Below are positions 49,825 through 61,099 of a DNA stretch of 64,000 bases, piece by piece. Position 1 is the first letter of the stretch, and each line of letters opens with the position of its first letter. The position numbers and the translations under genes are program-made. The DNA comes from Rhynchobatus australiae (taxonomy: Eukaryota), in NCBI GenBank assembly GCA_034780895.1, contig JAUZTB010000048.1:15650927-15714926 (forward strand), written 5' to 3'. Under the pieces are notes generated by a model. It saw only the letters and a list, made by a program, of their open reading frames with translations. It did no database searches and was not told the origin of the DNA.

Positions 49825-50123
49825 TAAGATAAGATATCTTTATTAGTCACATGAACATCGAAACACACAGTGAAATGCATCTTTTGCGTAGGGCATTTTG
49901 GGGGCAGCCCGCAAATGTCGCCACGCTTCCAGCACCAATATAGCATGCCCACAGCTTCCTAACCCATACGTCTTTGGAATGTGTGAGGAAACCGGAGCAC
50001 CCGCAGGAAACCCATGCAGTCACGGGGAGAATGTACAAACTCCTGACAGACAGCGGCCGGAATTGAACCCGGATCGCTGGCGCTGTAGTAGTGTTGCGCT
50101 AACCGCTACACTACCATGCCTCC
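49825..50123 (-). mobile_element. V-SINE with Rex/Babar-type tail
   Basis: Minus strand has the same tRNA head and V domain. The tail differs: tttcactgtgtgtttcgatgttcatgtgactaataaagatatcttatctta. Confidence 0.85.
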
Positions 50124-52249
50124 TCTAAAGGTGATGCCTTAAAGATGATTTCCCATGATGGCCCTTTGTCACACAGTTTTCACTGTTTTCATTGTGGTGT
50201 ACTCTTTGGCGAGCTGTGTTTTAGTAACACAGGTCATACACTTTGTCTTTTTAATTAAATTTCTTCCATTAAACAAATAAAACAAGCCATGTGCATTGAA
50301 GATGTCATTACATGCTCAAAATACAATAAGGGAAATAACATTGATGTTAGGGTAAATAGAGCCAGGAAGTATCCAATCCATTGAACAGTGTTTCACTAGG
50401 AAATGTGCTACAAAATGCACCTTTAATTGTTCACTTTGTGCAATTAAAGCTCAAGAAGCAGGCATAAGTAAATTTCCTCCACTTCAGTTTCCAGGTAATT
50501 GTTCCCTTGGGAAAAAAGGGAAACAGTGTACTTGCTGTCCTTTCTTGCCACCCAGACAAAGAGGTGATTACTGTTCTCTGATTAATTGTTCCTCCTTAGG
50601 GGTAGAGTATGTAGCTTTCACTTGTATAGGGCAGGATGTAAGTGTCTGGCAAGATCAGTCTCTTTTCCCAAAAAGTAATGAAACCAAATGATGAAGCCAC
50701 TTTAACTGGATCCAAATGGATTTCTAGATTTGCATGATTTCTTAACAACCTGCACTAGATTCAAATTTAATGGTAGTAATGCAAATAATGCAGGCATGAT
50801 AACATTTTTTTTGTAAATATTGAAATAACCTATCTCTCCAGGGATGGAGTAATTTTAATTTTTGTACTAATTTACGAAAATAGGATTTGATTAGTTTTCT
50901 ACAACAAATTAGCTCAAGTATGAAATGTACTTTAGTTGCAGATTCTTTATTTCACTTTATAAATCTGGTCTAACTTAAGGTTTTGGTTTACCAGTTTTAA
51001 ATCAAACTGGAAAGGAATGCTGTATCTAATCAACTGCTTAACACAAGCCTAGTCTTCAAGCCTTTGTGTTTTGTTTGTTGTAATGAACAGCAGTTAAAGA
51101 TTTGAACTTTAATATTTGAAAAAAAATAATTTTCTACAATGTGTCTGGGAGATGTCACTGTAGTAATTATTGCAGAATAAAGTCTACCTTTAAGCCAACC
51201 ATTAATCAGTAAACCGAACAGGCTGTATAATTATAGAATAGTTCTGACAATCTGTAGCCACAGAAGTGGAAAGTTCCTAAAATTAAAACAGCGTTTTAAA
51301 AGTTAGAGCAGTCGGTCATCATAGTGAAGGGAAAGTCCTTATCTAACGTCTTGTTTTGGATTGTGCTTGCTTGCATCACTATTTGACACAAATCTATACT
51401 GAATTTTTTTAGTGTAGGCAGAATCTATCTACATCAGATAAGGGACTGATAAGCAATAAAACCCTTTCCCCAACCAACAGTACAGGAAGTCTCACATCAA
51501 GTTTTAACTTTCAGCATTATTGTACAATTTAAAGTAACTAGTGATGCGTTCAGATAAATTATTTATTTGCTAAAATACCACAGAAGCTTAAAATGAGTAC
51601 TGTAGGTTTTAACTGCTGTTCGCACTCTGTGGCAGAAGATGTGAAAGTCTTACCATTTTAAAAGTCTCTGTATGTTTTAGAAGCTATAGATGAGGAAATA
51701 AATTGGAGAGCTTCATTGTTAATTCACTGCGTCCATGATTTTACACAAATTCTCTGTAGTTTTGCACAATTCTTGTCAAAATAATTTCATGCTCGGTACA
51801 GAACAGTAGTGGAACAGTTGCTCCTGTTTTAAAATTCAGTCAGTGAAAATCAAGTTCCATCCAGAATATTCTGTTATGCATTCTGTGAACTTTATGATTT
51901 GGTGCAAAATTACAAGACCAGTTAGAAGTAACAAGAAGTAAACTGTTAAAATGAGCCCTCTGCATTGGTGCTGTACCACAAAACAGCACAGCAGGCCTGA
52001 CATCAAGCTATGCTTGGTACCGCATCGAAGTTACAGCTTTCTCTAACATAGGGTTGTCCATAATGAAGACCAAAAACCACTTTTACCCCTTTAGCATTGG
52101 TATTCCAGCCTTGAATTCGGTCTTATGTGCACTAATATTTCATATCTTTTTGCCTGATATTCTCATTATGCATTTGAGACCTGGGGTTCATACACAAAGA
52201 CTTAAAGTGCAAGAGCAGGGAAGTTATATCGAATTTATATAAAAGGTCT

Positions 52250-52730
52250 CAGAAAGGGTGCAGAAGTGATTTATTGGACTGGTTCCAGGGATGAGAAGTT
52301 TCACCTTTAAGTTCGACTGGAAGAGCTGGGATTGTTCTTCTGGGAGTAAGGGAGATTTGAGATGAAATTTGACAGAGGTGAAGAAGGTCATGGCTGATTT
52401 TGATAGGGTAAATAGAGGAAAACTTTGTGTAGCAACTGGTTAAGATCGAGGGTTACAGATTTCAAGTTTTGACCAACAGATAGAAAGAAGCTGTGAGGAA
52501 AAACATTTTTTAATACAAAAAGTAGTTATTGTCTGAAACTCAGTGACTACAGGGGTGGAGGAAAAGTGTCATTTCGGGCTTTCAAAAGGGAATTTGATTG
52601 GTAGGTAAGAGTGGATAACATGCAGCATTATGGGAAAACAGCAGGGGTAATGGGGCTGATGGGATTGCTAGGAGCTGATGGATGCTCAATAGGCTTCCTT
52701 TTATGCTGTAAACAATTCTATAATTCTACA
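52250..52730 (+). mobile_element. Old CR1 3' fragment
   Basis: gaaagggtgcagaagtgattta...gggatgagaag...ggcttccttttatgctgtaaacaattcta tail. Confidence 0.6.
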
Positions 52731-53129
52731 TGAGACTTAAATATGCAGATAAATGGGATCATGAATTTAATGCTTGTGTGAGAGCTTTGAGGTCTATAAT
52801 CTATTCACATGGCCTACAAAGACAAACAAAGTCTTTGTGCTTGTCTGTAGTGAACCTAAGCCACGCAAGGGAGTGACAGTGCACTATTACTTCTGAGTTT
52901 TATATTTTCATAAAACACATCATCAGTCATATTCCCTGGTTAGGAATAGATATCGTTCTTTAGGAAAAATGCATCACTGTCATTTATTTCTAACTCCAGA
53001 TTGCCCTTGAGAGGTTGATGATGAGGCTTTTATTTGAACCACTGCAGTCTTGTAGTCAAAGTAATTGACTTTGTAGGCAGACAACTCTTGCATTTGCTCA
53101 TGTTTGGAGGCTGAGCTCCAAATCATCAT

Positions 53130-53950
53130 TGGATGTTCACTGAAACAGACAAGGGAATGGGCCTTACATCCAACAGCTGCAAAATGAATCTTCCAGCAGC
53201 CTGTTTCTGCTGCACGTCACCCTTTGAAAATTGACGTTCATGGCAAGATTCTGGAATATGTGGACCACATCCTATATCTCAGCAGCAAAGGCAGACGTTG
53301 ATCATGTAATTCTACACTGGAAAAGAGTGTTTTGAGATCAAGACCTCAAACCCAGCAGACCTCAAGCTCATAGTCAGTGAGCCTCTGCTTTCCTATATAC
53401 TTCTGAGACATGGACTACCAAAATTCGGGAGAGATACCACCAACTCTGTCTGCAAAATTCCTCACAGGATAAATGAAGCAACTTCATTGACCCCTCACAG
53501 GTTGCCATCCCCAGCCTTGAGGCTCTTATTTCACTCAGTGGGTTACCTTGGGCAGTCACATCATTCGCATGCTTTGTCAGAGAAAGAGATTACCAGATGG
53601 CCAGGGAAAAATAATGCAAGGATGTTCTCAAAGCCTTCTTGAAAGAAAAATGTAACATCCCCACTGATTCCTAGGAACTCCTGGCCAATGATTGCTCAAA
53701 ATAAAGAGAATATATTTGCAACGGTATCGTGTCCATACATCAGAGGTAGAAGGAATCCCAGCATAAACGGTGGAAGAAGTGGATTCACCTCACAAACTAC
53801 CCACCCACCCATTCCCACAGGCCTCTTCTGCCACATCTGTGGAAGAATCTATGATGTCCACATTGGCCTCCTCATTCATGTCAGAAATCAAAAGATCAGA
53901 GTGGAAGTAAGTCATCCTTCATCACAAGGGACTGTCCACAAAGAAGAAGA
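53130..53950 (+). mobile_element. RTE-type LINE 3' fragment, decayed
   Basis: gtggaccac...tatctc; gaaaagagtgttttgagatcaagacctcaaa; C-terminal zinc-knuckle remnant CHICGRIY...GLLIHVRNQ; (gaa)n tail. Confidence 0.65.
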
Positions 53951-54659
53951 AATGTACTCTTACAGTGCAGTTGAGTAAATGGTTAAGGATTTTGACCCAG
54001 CAGAGATGAAGATTGTTTTGGTTGATAACATAGACGATGAAGGTTATTTTTGGTTGAAGATGTGACCTAAACTAATCCTAAAACCGACGTCATTCAAGAG
54101 AATTTGTGTTTCTTCTGCATTTCCTGATTGCAATTCACTTTAAAATGAAGTCAAATGAGATACTGTACTGGAAGTATTGGAAGTGAAAACAGGAAATCTG
54201 GAAACAAAAACAATGGTTGGTTCGCCCTCGATTACAACACAGAAAGTGGCTGTAAAGCCCAATAAAGAAAAATGAGAGAAGGGCTCTTGGAGAGCACAAA
54301 CAATGATATTGACTAGTTGGCCAAATGCCTGTTTTAATGCAGTGAATGTGTAACAGGCCTGTGTGGAGCAAGTGGTGCGAAGCAGGGTATCAGTTTGCAA
54401 TGTCAACTACTTGTTCTCTCCACAGACTCTGGCTGATCTGTTGTGTGTTTCCAGCATGTTCTGTTTTCACTACAAGACTTTTTCTTTAAAATGATCCAAG
54501 AAAGATTATACAATATGTAATAAATTAAACAAAAACAAATTCCTGCTCTAACAACATGATATAAATTTCCCATCATCAAAATTTATGTATATCTTCCAGA
54601 ACAAGAGTTGTTTGCCTGTTATTTTTAAGAGGAAGTACCATGTTAAGCAGGCTTTCGAT

Positions 54660-54725
54660 TCAATACGTCGACAATACCTTTCCTCCCACAGATGCTGCTT
54701 GACCTGCTGAGTTCTTTCAGCAGGC
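54660..54725 (+). mobile_element. Penelope-type pLTR remnant
   Basis: acgtcgac...cctcccacagatgctgcttgacctgctgagttc; the hammerhead core is lost. Confidence 0.55.
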
Positions 54726-55704
54726 TATTTGTGGCTACAGTGTTAAGTGTTCAAGTGTGAACTCTGCCAAAGCAACATATCTACCAATTCAAATCTTAAT
54801 TCCTGATACAATTGCTTATAGAAGTCATCTATTTAAAGGTTCAAAATCCTGAACTCATAGTTCAAAAGCATTTCCATTCATAAGACAGTTTGCCGTGTGC
54901 CATGATCACGTGAGAGACAATAGGTTACAGGGAAATAAGTGAGCGAATTGGAATGAGGAGGACACACTGAGAGGCAGCATAGACAAGGAGATATAAGATG
55001 TATGAGTGGGTGTAGTTGCTCATGTATCATGGTTTGTTGAGGTAGAGGTTGTGAGGAGACACTATGTCGTTGCTGCTGCAAATTTAAGGCTAAAAAAAAC
55101 TAAGACATTTGTCACAGGAAGAAACACGGGGTGGATGGCAACACTGAAGCTGTCCAGAGTGTCAGACTGAGACAAGTTCCCTTTGTGTAATCACTGATCA
55201 TCCCATCATTTTACTGCTGAATACATTGCTCTACAGGAAGTTGTGTTTGTGCAGCTTAATCTCATCAGGAGAAAAGTTTTTACAACTGGTGCAAATTTTT
55301 AGCTAAAGCTTCTTTGCATAGAATTTGCCTATTACCTTTTACTACCGTAGGACTAATGCACATGCCATCATGTATGTCAGCTGTTTGCCAGTATATCACA
55401 TTATTAACTCATTTGTAAGGAGGAGTTAACAATATATTTGGACTGCCGATAAAAACTTAGAAAAGTAGTGGCATATTCACAAAAATCCATCACCTTTTGT
55501 TATTGTGCATGCAGAGTGTTCACTAAATTATTAACCAGGTGGTGTGTACAAATCCATTTCAAACCTGATCTAGCAATACAATTTTCAAAATTCATTGTTT
55601 CCAATTTTTATTCAACTTTTTCTTTTCCAACCCCACCCTTCCCCCCCATCCAGTTGATATGTGAACCTTTTCATTTCTCCTCTTTGCCTTCCCATTACAA
55701 TCAT

Positions 55705-56090
55705 ATAGTGGTTGCTTTATTGAACTAGTAACTCAGAGGAAGCAAGATCAGATTTCATTATGGCTGGATGAGAACTTGAAATCAGTTTTTAAAATCAACA
55801 AATAAGTGAGTAATGATGCAGCTGTTGGTCATAAAACCCATCTGGTTCACTAATATCATTTTGGGATGCTAACTTGTTCTCCTTATCTAGTCTTGTGTGA
55901 ATGTGATTCCAGGTCACATTCTACTGCAAGCAGACAACTTAATTGTATCAGATCATTATAAAGAATTGTGGTTCAAGAAGAGGGCATCGCCCACAATCCA
56001 GCCCCAGCCTTTCTTTGTCTTCTCTGGGAAACAGGGCTGGGTAGGAAATGTCAGTCACGCCAGCAATGCCTGCATACTAAAAATAAATAC
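55705..56090 (+). mobile_element. Ancient tRNA-derived SINE
   Basis: aaaacccatctggttcactaat body; tail gccagcaatgcc...aaataaa; related to 23240-23572. Confidence 0.45.
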
Positions 56091-56235
56091 TTTTTTTTAA
56101 TTCTCTCTTTTATTTGCATTTTTTTCTGACTCACACATTTCCATCTCTTTCTTAAATGATTCAACTCACTCATTACTCCTGTCGTCCCTTCTCTCATGAT
56201 CTTCAGACTTTCCTATTACAATTTTCCTATTACAA

Positions 56236-56482
56236 GGGGCAGCACGGTAGTCTAGCGGTTAGCGTTACGCTACGACAGCACCAGTGATCGGGGTTTGATT
56301 CCCTTCGGTGTCTGTAAGGAGTTTGTACGTTCTCCCGTGTCTGCATGGGTTTCCTCTGGGTGCTCCGGTTTCCTCCCACATTCCAAAGACGGACTGGTAG
56401 GTTAATTTGGGGTTTAAAATTGGCGGTGTGGACTCATTGGGCCAGAAGGGCCTGTTACCATGCTGTAAATAAAATTCTTAAA
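56236..56482 (+). mobile_element. V-SINE (HE1-like) with CR1-type tail
   Basis: Same head, V domain and tail as 49567-49812. Confidence 0.88.
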
Positions 56483-56560
56483 AACATTTTTTTTTTAAAT
56501 TACCTTCTGCTTCCTCCCCCTGGAGCATTCTTGAATACCCATGAGCTTTAATTTTAACTT

Positions 56561-57506
56561 TTATCAATGATTTGGATGAAAATGTACAAGGCTTGGTTCG
56601 TAAATTTGTGGATGATACTGAAATAGGTGGTAACATGGACAGTGAAAAATGTATTTAAAAATTATAGGGGGATTTTGATCAGCTAGATAAGTAGGCTGAG
56701 GATTGTCAAATGGTATTTCATCCAGGTAAGTGCAAGGTGTTGTAATTTGGGAAGTTAAACCAGGGTAGAATTGATACAATGAATGGTAGCACCCTGGGGT
56801 GTGTTGTAGAACAGAGAGACCTAGGAGTACAAGTACTTAGTTCACAAAAAATGGTGTTACAGGTAGACAAGGTGAAGAAGAAGGCATTTGGCATGCCAGC
56901 CTTCATCAGTCAGGGCACTGAGTATAAGAGTTGGGATGTTACATTGCAGTTGTAGAAGATAGTGGTGAGGCCACACTTGGAGAATTGTGAAGAGTTTTGA
57001 TCACCCTGTTATAGCAAGGGCATCATAAAGCTGAAAAGTTGAAGTTACAAAAGTACTGCCAAGACTTGAAGGCTTGAGTTACAGGGAGAGATTGGACAGG
57101 CTCGTGCTTTATTCCTTCTAACGCAAGAGACAGAGAGGTGGACTTACAGAGGTGTATAAAATCATCAGGGCATAGATAAAGCGAATGCACACAGTCTTTT
57201 TCCCAGGGAAAGGGAATCAAAACCTAAAGGGCATAGGTTTAAAATGAGAGGGGAAAGGTTTAAAAGGGACCTGAGAAGCATCGTCTTCATGCAAAGGGTG
57301 GTGCGTATATGGAATGAGCTGCCAGAGAATGTGGTTGAGGCAAGCCCAAAAACAACATTTAAAAGAACCATTTAGGAAAGGTTAAGAGGGATATGGGCCA
57401 AATGTGAGCAAGTGGGACAAACTTAGGTGGGCACATTGGTTGGCATGGACCATTTGGGCTAAAGGGCTTGTTTCTGTGCTGCATGAGTCTATGACACTAT
57501 GACTCT
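56561..57506 (+). mobile_element. CR1 LINE 3' ~950 bp (RT C-terminus plus 3' UTR)
   Basis: Reads INDLDENVQGLVRKFVDDTEIGG (FADD-type RT motif) and later LVRPHLE-like sequence; ends gggctaaagggcttgtttctgtgctg...(ctatgact)n. Confidence 0.9.
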
Positions 57507-57545
57507 CAATTCAACCAGGCAAATAAGTGTATTGACAGAGGAGAA

Positions 57546-57650
57546 CTAGTTAGATGTCTGCTCCAGGAAGAAGCAGAGGACCTTCATGTCATCCTGATAT
57601 GGAATGAAAGTGTGAAGGGATTGTACATCCATGGTAAAGATGTTACCCTG
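57546..57650 (-). mobile_element. Penelope-like element reverse transcriptase fragment
   Basis: Minus-strand peptide IFTMDVQSLHTFIPYQDDMKVLCFFLEQ matches the PLE RT motif (MDVxSLYTxIPH). Confidence 0.7.
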
Positions 57651-57751
57651 TNNNNNNNNNNNNNNNNNNNNNNNNNNNNNNNNNNNNNNNNNNNNNNNNN
57701 NNNNNNNNNNNNNNNNNNNNNNNNNNNNNNNNNNNNNNNNNNNNNNNNNNN

Positions 57752-58112
57752 TCAAGAACTGAATGGTTGAAGGGAAGTAGCTGTTCCTGAACCTGGTGGT
57801 GTGGGACTTCAGGCTTCTGTACCTCCTGTGTGATGGTAGCTGCAAGAAGATGGCACGGCCCAGATGGTTGGGGGTCTTTGATGATGGATGTTGCCTTCTT
57901 GAGGCAGCGCCTCCTGTAGATACTGCCGATAGTGGAGAGGGATGTGTCTGTGATGTATTTGGGACAGTCCACTACTCTCTGCAGCTTCTTATGTTCCTGC
58001 ATTCAAATTGCCGTACCAGACCATGAAGCAGCCAGTAAGGATACTTTCAACAGTAGATCTGTAGAAGTTTGTTAGAGTGTTCAGTGACAAGCCGAACCTC
58101 CTAAGAAAGTAT
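57752..58112 (-). mobile_element. Rex1/Babar LINE ORF C-terminal fragment
   Basis: YFLRRFGLS..TLTNFYRSTVESILTGCFMVWYG...KLQRVV...RRCLKKATSIIKDP...LPSHRRYRSLKSHTTRFRNSYFP, read across frameshifts. Confidence 0.88.
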
Positions 58113-58585
58113 TCCAGTGAATTATTCTTCATGAATATGGTCTTTGCCTGGTACCTGTCAGCCCAGGTCTGGATATTGTACATTAATTTCTCCCTGACAG
58201 CTTCTTTGATGATGGCAGACTCCAGGCACCCTCTACAGAAATCAGGATCACATGATAAGTTGCAAGTCAAGAACATTGTTCACATGCACATTCCAATAGC
58301 TTTTGCTTCACCATCATCTTTGTTGTGATCATTTTACACCCAGTGGCATTAGGAGGAGATCAAGTCAACTGACTGGGTCAGTTGATCTGAGTCATCCCTG
58401 AGAGATGAGGAAACCAGTTAATCTCAGGCTTAAGTTCAGGTGTTATGTAGACAGTTGCTTCAGGTGAAGGGATGCCCAGCTAGTCTGTGTTAGTGTTTGC
58501 TGAGAGAGGGAAGCTGGTCAGAATATTGGCCAGACCACTTGCAGAACAGGACAGGCAGGCAAACAAAGTATCAGAAAAAGTCAAA

Positions 58586-58855
58586 GGGCGGCACGGTAGC
58601 ATAGCGGTTAGCGCGACGCTATTACAGCGCCAGCGATCGGGGTTCGATTCCCGCCGCTACCTGAAAGGAGTTTGTACGTTCTCCCGTGTCTGCATGGGTT
58701 TCCTCTGGGTGCTCCGGTTTCCTCCCACATTCCAAAGACGTACGGATAGGTTAACATGGGTTTAAAAATAGGCGCCGCAGATTCATTGGGCTGGAAGGGC
58801 CTGTTACCACACTGTAAATAAATTTTTTTTTCAAAATTTAAAAAATTTAAAATTT
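58586..58855 (+). mobile_element. V-SINE (HE1-like) with CR1-type tail; CpG-rich young copy
   Basis: gggcggcacggtagcatagcggttagcgcgacg...ggttcgattcccg; V domain; gaagggcctgttacc tail with (aaattt) repeats. Confidence 0.9.
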
Positions 58856-59527
58856 AATTTTTCTTATTGCATAACTCTCTCACTCTCAGTCTCCCTCTCT
58901 CTCCCCCCCAACTCTCTCAATTCCCTTTTCATTGTCCTCTCCCAGTTCCATTTTACTTTCTTCTTAAATCTTCCATCTCCATGATTCCCACACTTCAGCC
59001 CTTTCCACTCATTTGGATTGTAAAAATGTACATGAGGTCATTTTGGACACCTGGTCCATTTGCCACAGTTCCACACCTGGCCCTCTCCTTTCATGCACGC
59101 AGTACAACCCCTCCCAGCCCAATGCCCCCTGCCCCCACCGCCCCCACCACCAACACCACTATCCCAGGAGCAATCCCCACAATCCCCATTCGCAGTCCTC
59201 TCACCCGTTACCTCAAATGGCAATCACCCGACTCCCCGCACGGTATTGATCTGCCAATCAACTCCCTCCTTCACCATCCACCATGACTGATCTGCTCTCA
59301 TCCAACATCAATCATTCTGACTATTGACACCCACTATTAATCCCCTCCCAGTTTGACAACTGGACCTGTCTACCAGTTTCCCTGGATTGCTCTTTATACC
59401 AATCTACAATATCTACAAGGTTCCTTCAACTGACCCCTGTCCATGGATCCCTCTTATAATCTATGCTAAAGCTCCCCCTCCCCCAATGATCCCTGCTCAA
59501 GGACTCCTCTATTAGTCTTGACCTAAA

Positions 59528-59718
59528 CCACACTTAGAGTACTGTGTTCAGCTCTGGTTGCCTCATTATAGGAAGGATGCGGAAGCTTTAGAGAGGGTGC
59601 AGATGAGATGTCAGAGGGAAGTGTTAGATTGATTGTGAAGTAGATTTATTTTGGTCAGCACAACATCGTAGGCCGAAGGGCCTGTACTGTGCTGTACTGT
59701 TCTGTGTTCTATGTTCTA
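59528..59718 (+). mobile_element. Internally deleted CR1 fragment
   Basis: HLEYCVQLWLPHYRKDAEALERVQ joined after a short linker to the CR1 tail ggccgaagggcctgtactgtgctgtactgttct. Confidence 0.8.
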
Positions 59719-59749
59719 AACCCTCTGGCCTGTCAATCCCACTTGTGAG

Positions 59750-60050
59750 TCCCTGTAAAACATGAACCACTTTCCATATCTCAGGAGCCATCTATCAGTG
59801 AAGGCATTCATCAAAGATGAAATTTACTGCTGTCTCTGGTACATCAGCACAGCTTTTGGCTGTCTGAGGAAAAGAAAATTCAAAGATCAAGACTTCAACC
59901 GTGGCAGAATGCTCAGGGTCTATGGAGCAGCAATGATCCCTGTCCTCCTGTACAACTCAGAAACATGGACTAAACCAGGCACCTCAAAGCATTGGAGACG
60001 AACAACCAAAGTTCTCTCTGTAAAATCCTCCAAATCTACTGGCAGGTAAA
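59750..60050 (+). mobile_element. RTE-type LINE fragment
   Basis: HFPYLRSHLS...AFGCLRKR...VYGAAMIPVLLYNSETWT, a typical RTE post-RT region. Confidence 0.75.
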
Positions 60051-60884
60051 AGTACTCTGAAAGCGACCTTTAGGCACTTTTCAAAGAAGCTGTGATGTTT
60101 GGCATAGAGAGCCCTGGGCCTGGCTCTTTGTACGTAAGAAGATTGCCTTCCAAAGGGCAGGTGGAGATTTTGGCATAGATGTTCAAAAATGGCAGAGGCA
60201 TCAGCAAGTTGGCATACCAGATCAGTGCCATTTTCTGGTAGGTTCCAGATATTAGCAGTATCCAGGTATTTGATGGACGTTTGATTTCTGGCATAAAATC
60301 TTGAGGACAATTTGAATAAATACACAAAGTTAATGATTGAGAGTTAGTCTCCATGCTCTGATCAATACATACTTTCAACAATACAGAAATATGTATCTGT
60401 ATGTTTGGGCCTATCCGTAACTGTTTACTGAATGATGTTGTCTATTTAGAACATTGTAAATTGTTTTTGACATTCCAATACCTTTGCCAAGATCATTAAT
60501 AAATGAGAACAGCAAGCACTGTAGATTTTACAAGTGACTCATGCTCTAATTTTCCTGTTGGCAGGAAGCACCTGACTTCTGTCATAAACTTTGGCTGAGA
60601 TTGAGGTCTCTCCAAATACAGAATTTAGAAAGGAAAAGAATTGTTAGCTTACTTCAACCAGTTTAATGAACAGAGAATTGAGATAGGAGAAAATTGTCTA
60701 GCCTGATGCCCTTACATTTATTGACTTAAAAGGCTATTAAAAATCCCCAGGCAAAATATGAAAATTTACCTGTAAGCATCCTTGTTGCCACAGAAGTAAA
60801 GACTGCAGCATTTTTTCTATAAATAGGCAATCTGTGCCTCTAAATTTTTCCATACCCAGCAGCAGTAAATGTGTCAATAGTACT

Positions 60885-60955
60885 GAGTCAGAATCAGGTT
60901 AATTATCACTATCTTTTATGATGTGAAATCAGTTGCTTTGTGTCAGCAGTATAAT
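60885..60955 (-). mobile_element. Probable Rex/Babar-type 3' tail
   Basis: gagtcagaatcaggttaattatcact...tgtgaaat resembles the reverse of an aataa-(short repeat)n LINE tail; it runs toward an N gap. Confidence 0.45.
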
Positions 60956-61099
60956 GAAAAAGAATAAAATTACTCTGAAATACAAAATAAATAAATAGTN
61001 NNNNNNNNNNNNNNNNNNNNNNNNNNNNNNNNNNNNNNNNNNNNNNNNNNNNNNNNNNNNNNNNNNNNNNNNNNNNNNNNNNNNNNNNNNNNNNNNNNN

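Noticed and set aside
52813-52850. Short imperfect hairpin (also the 8-bp stem at 47522-47540)
   Set aside because: Too short for a pre-miRNA and expected by chance in 64 kb.
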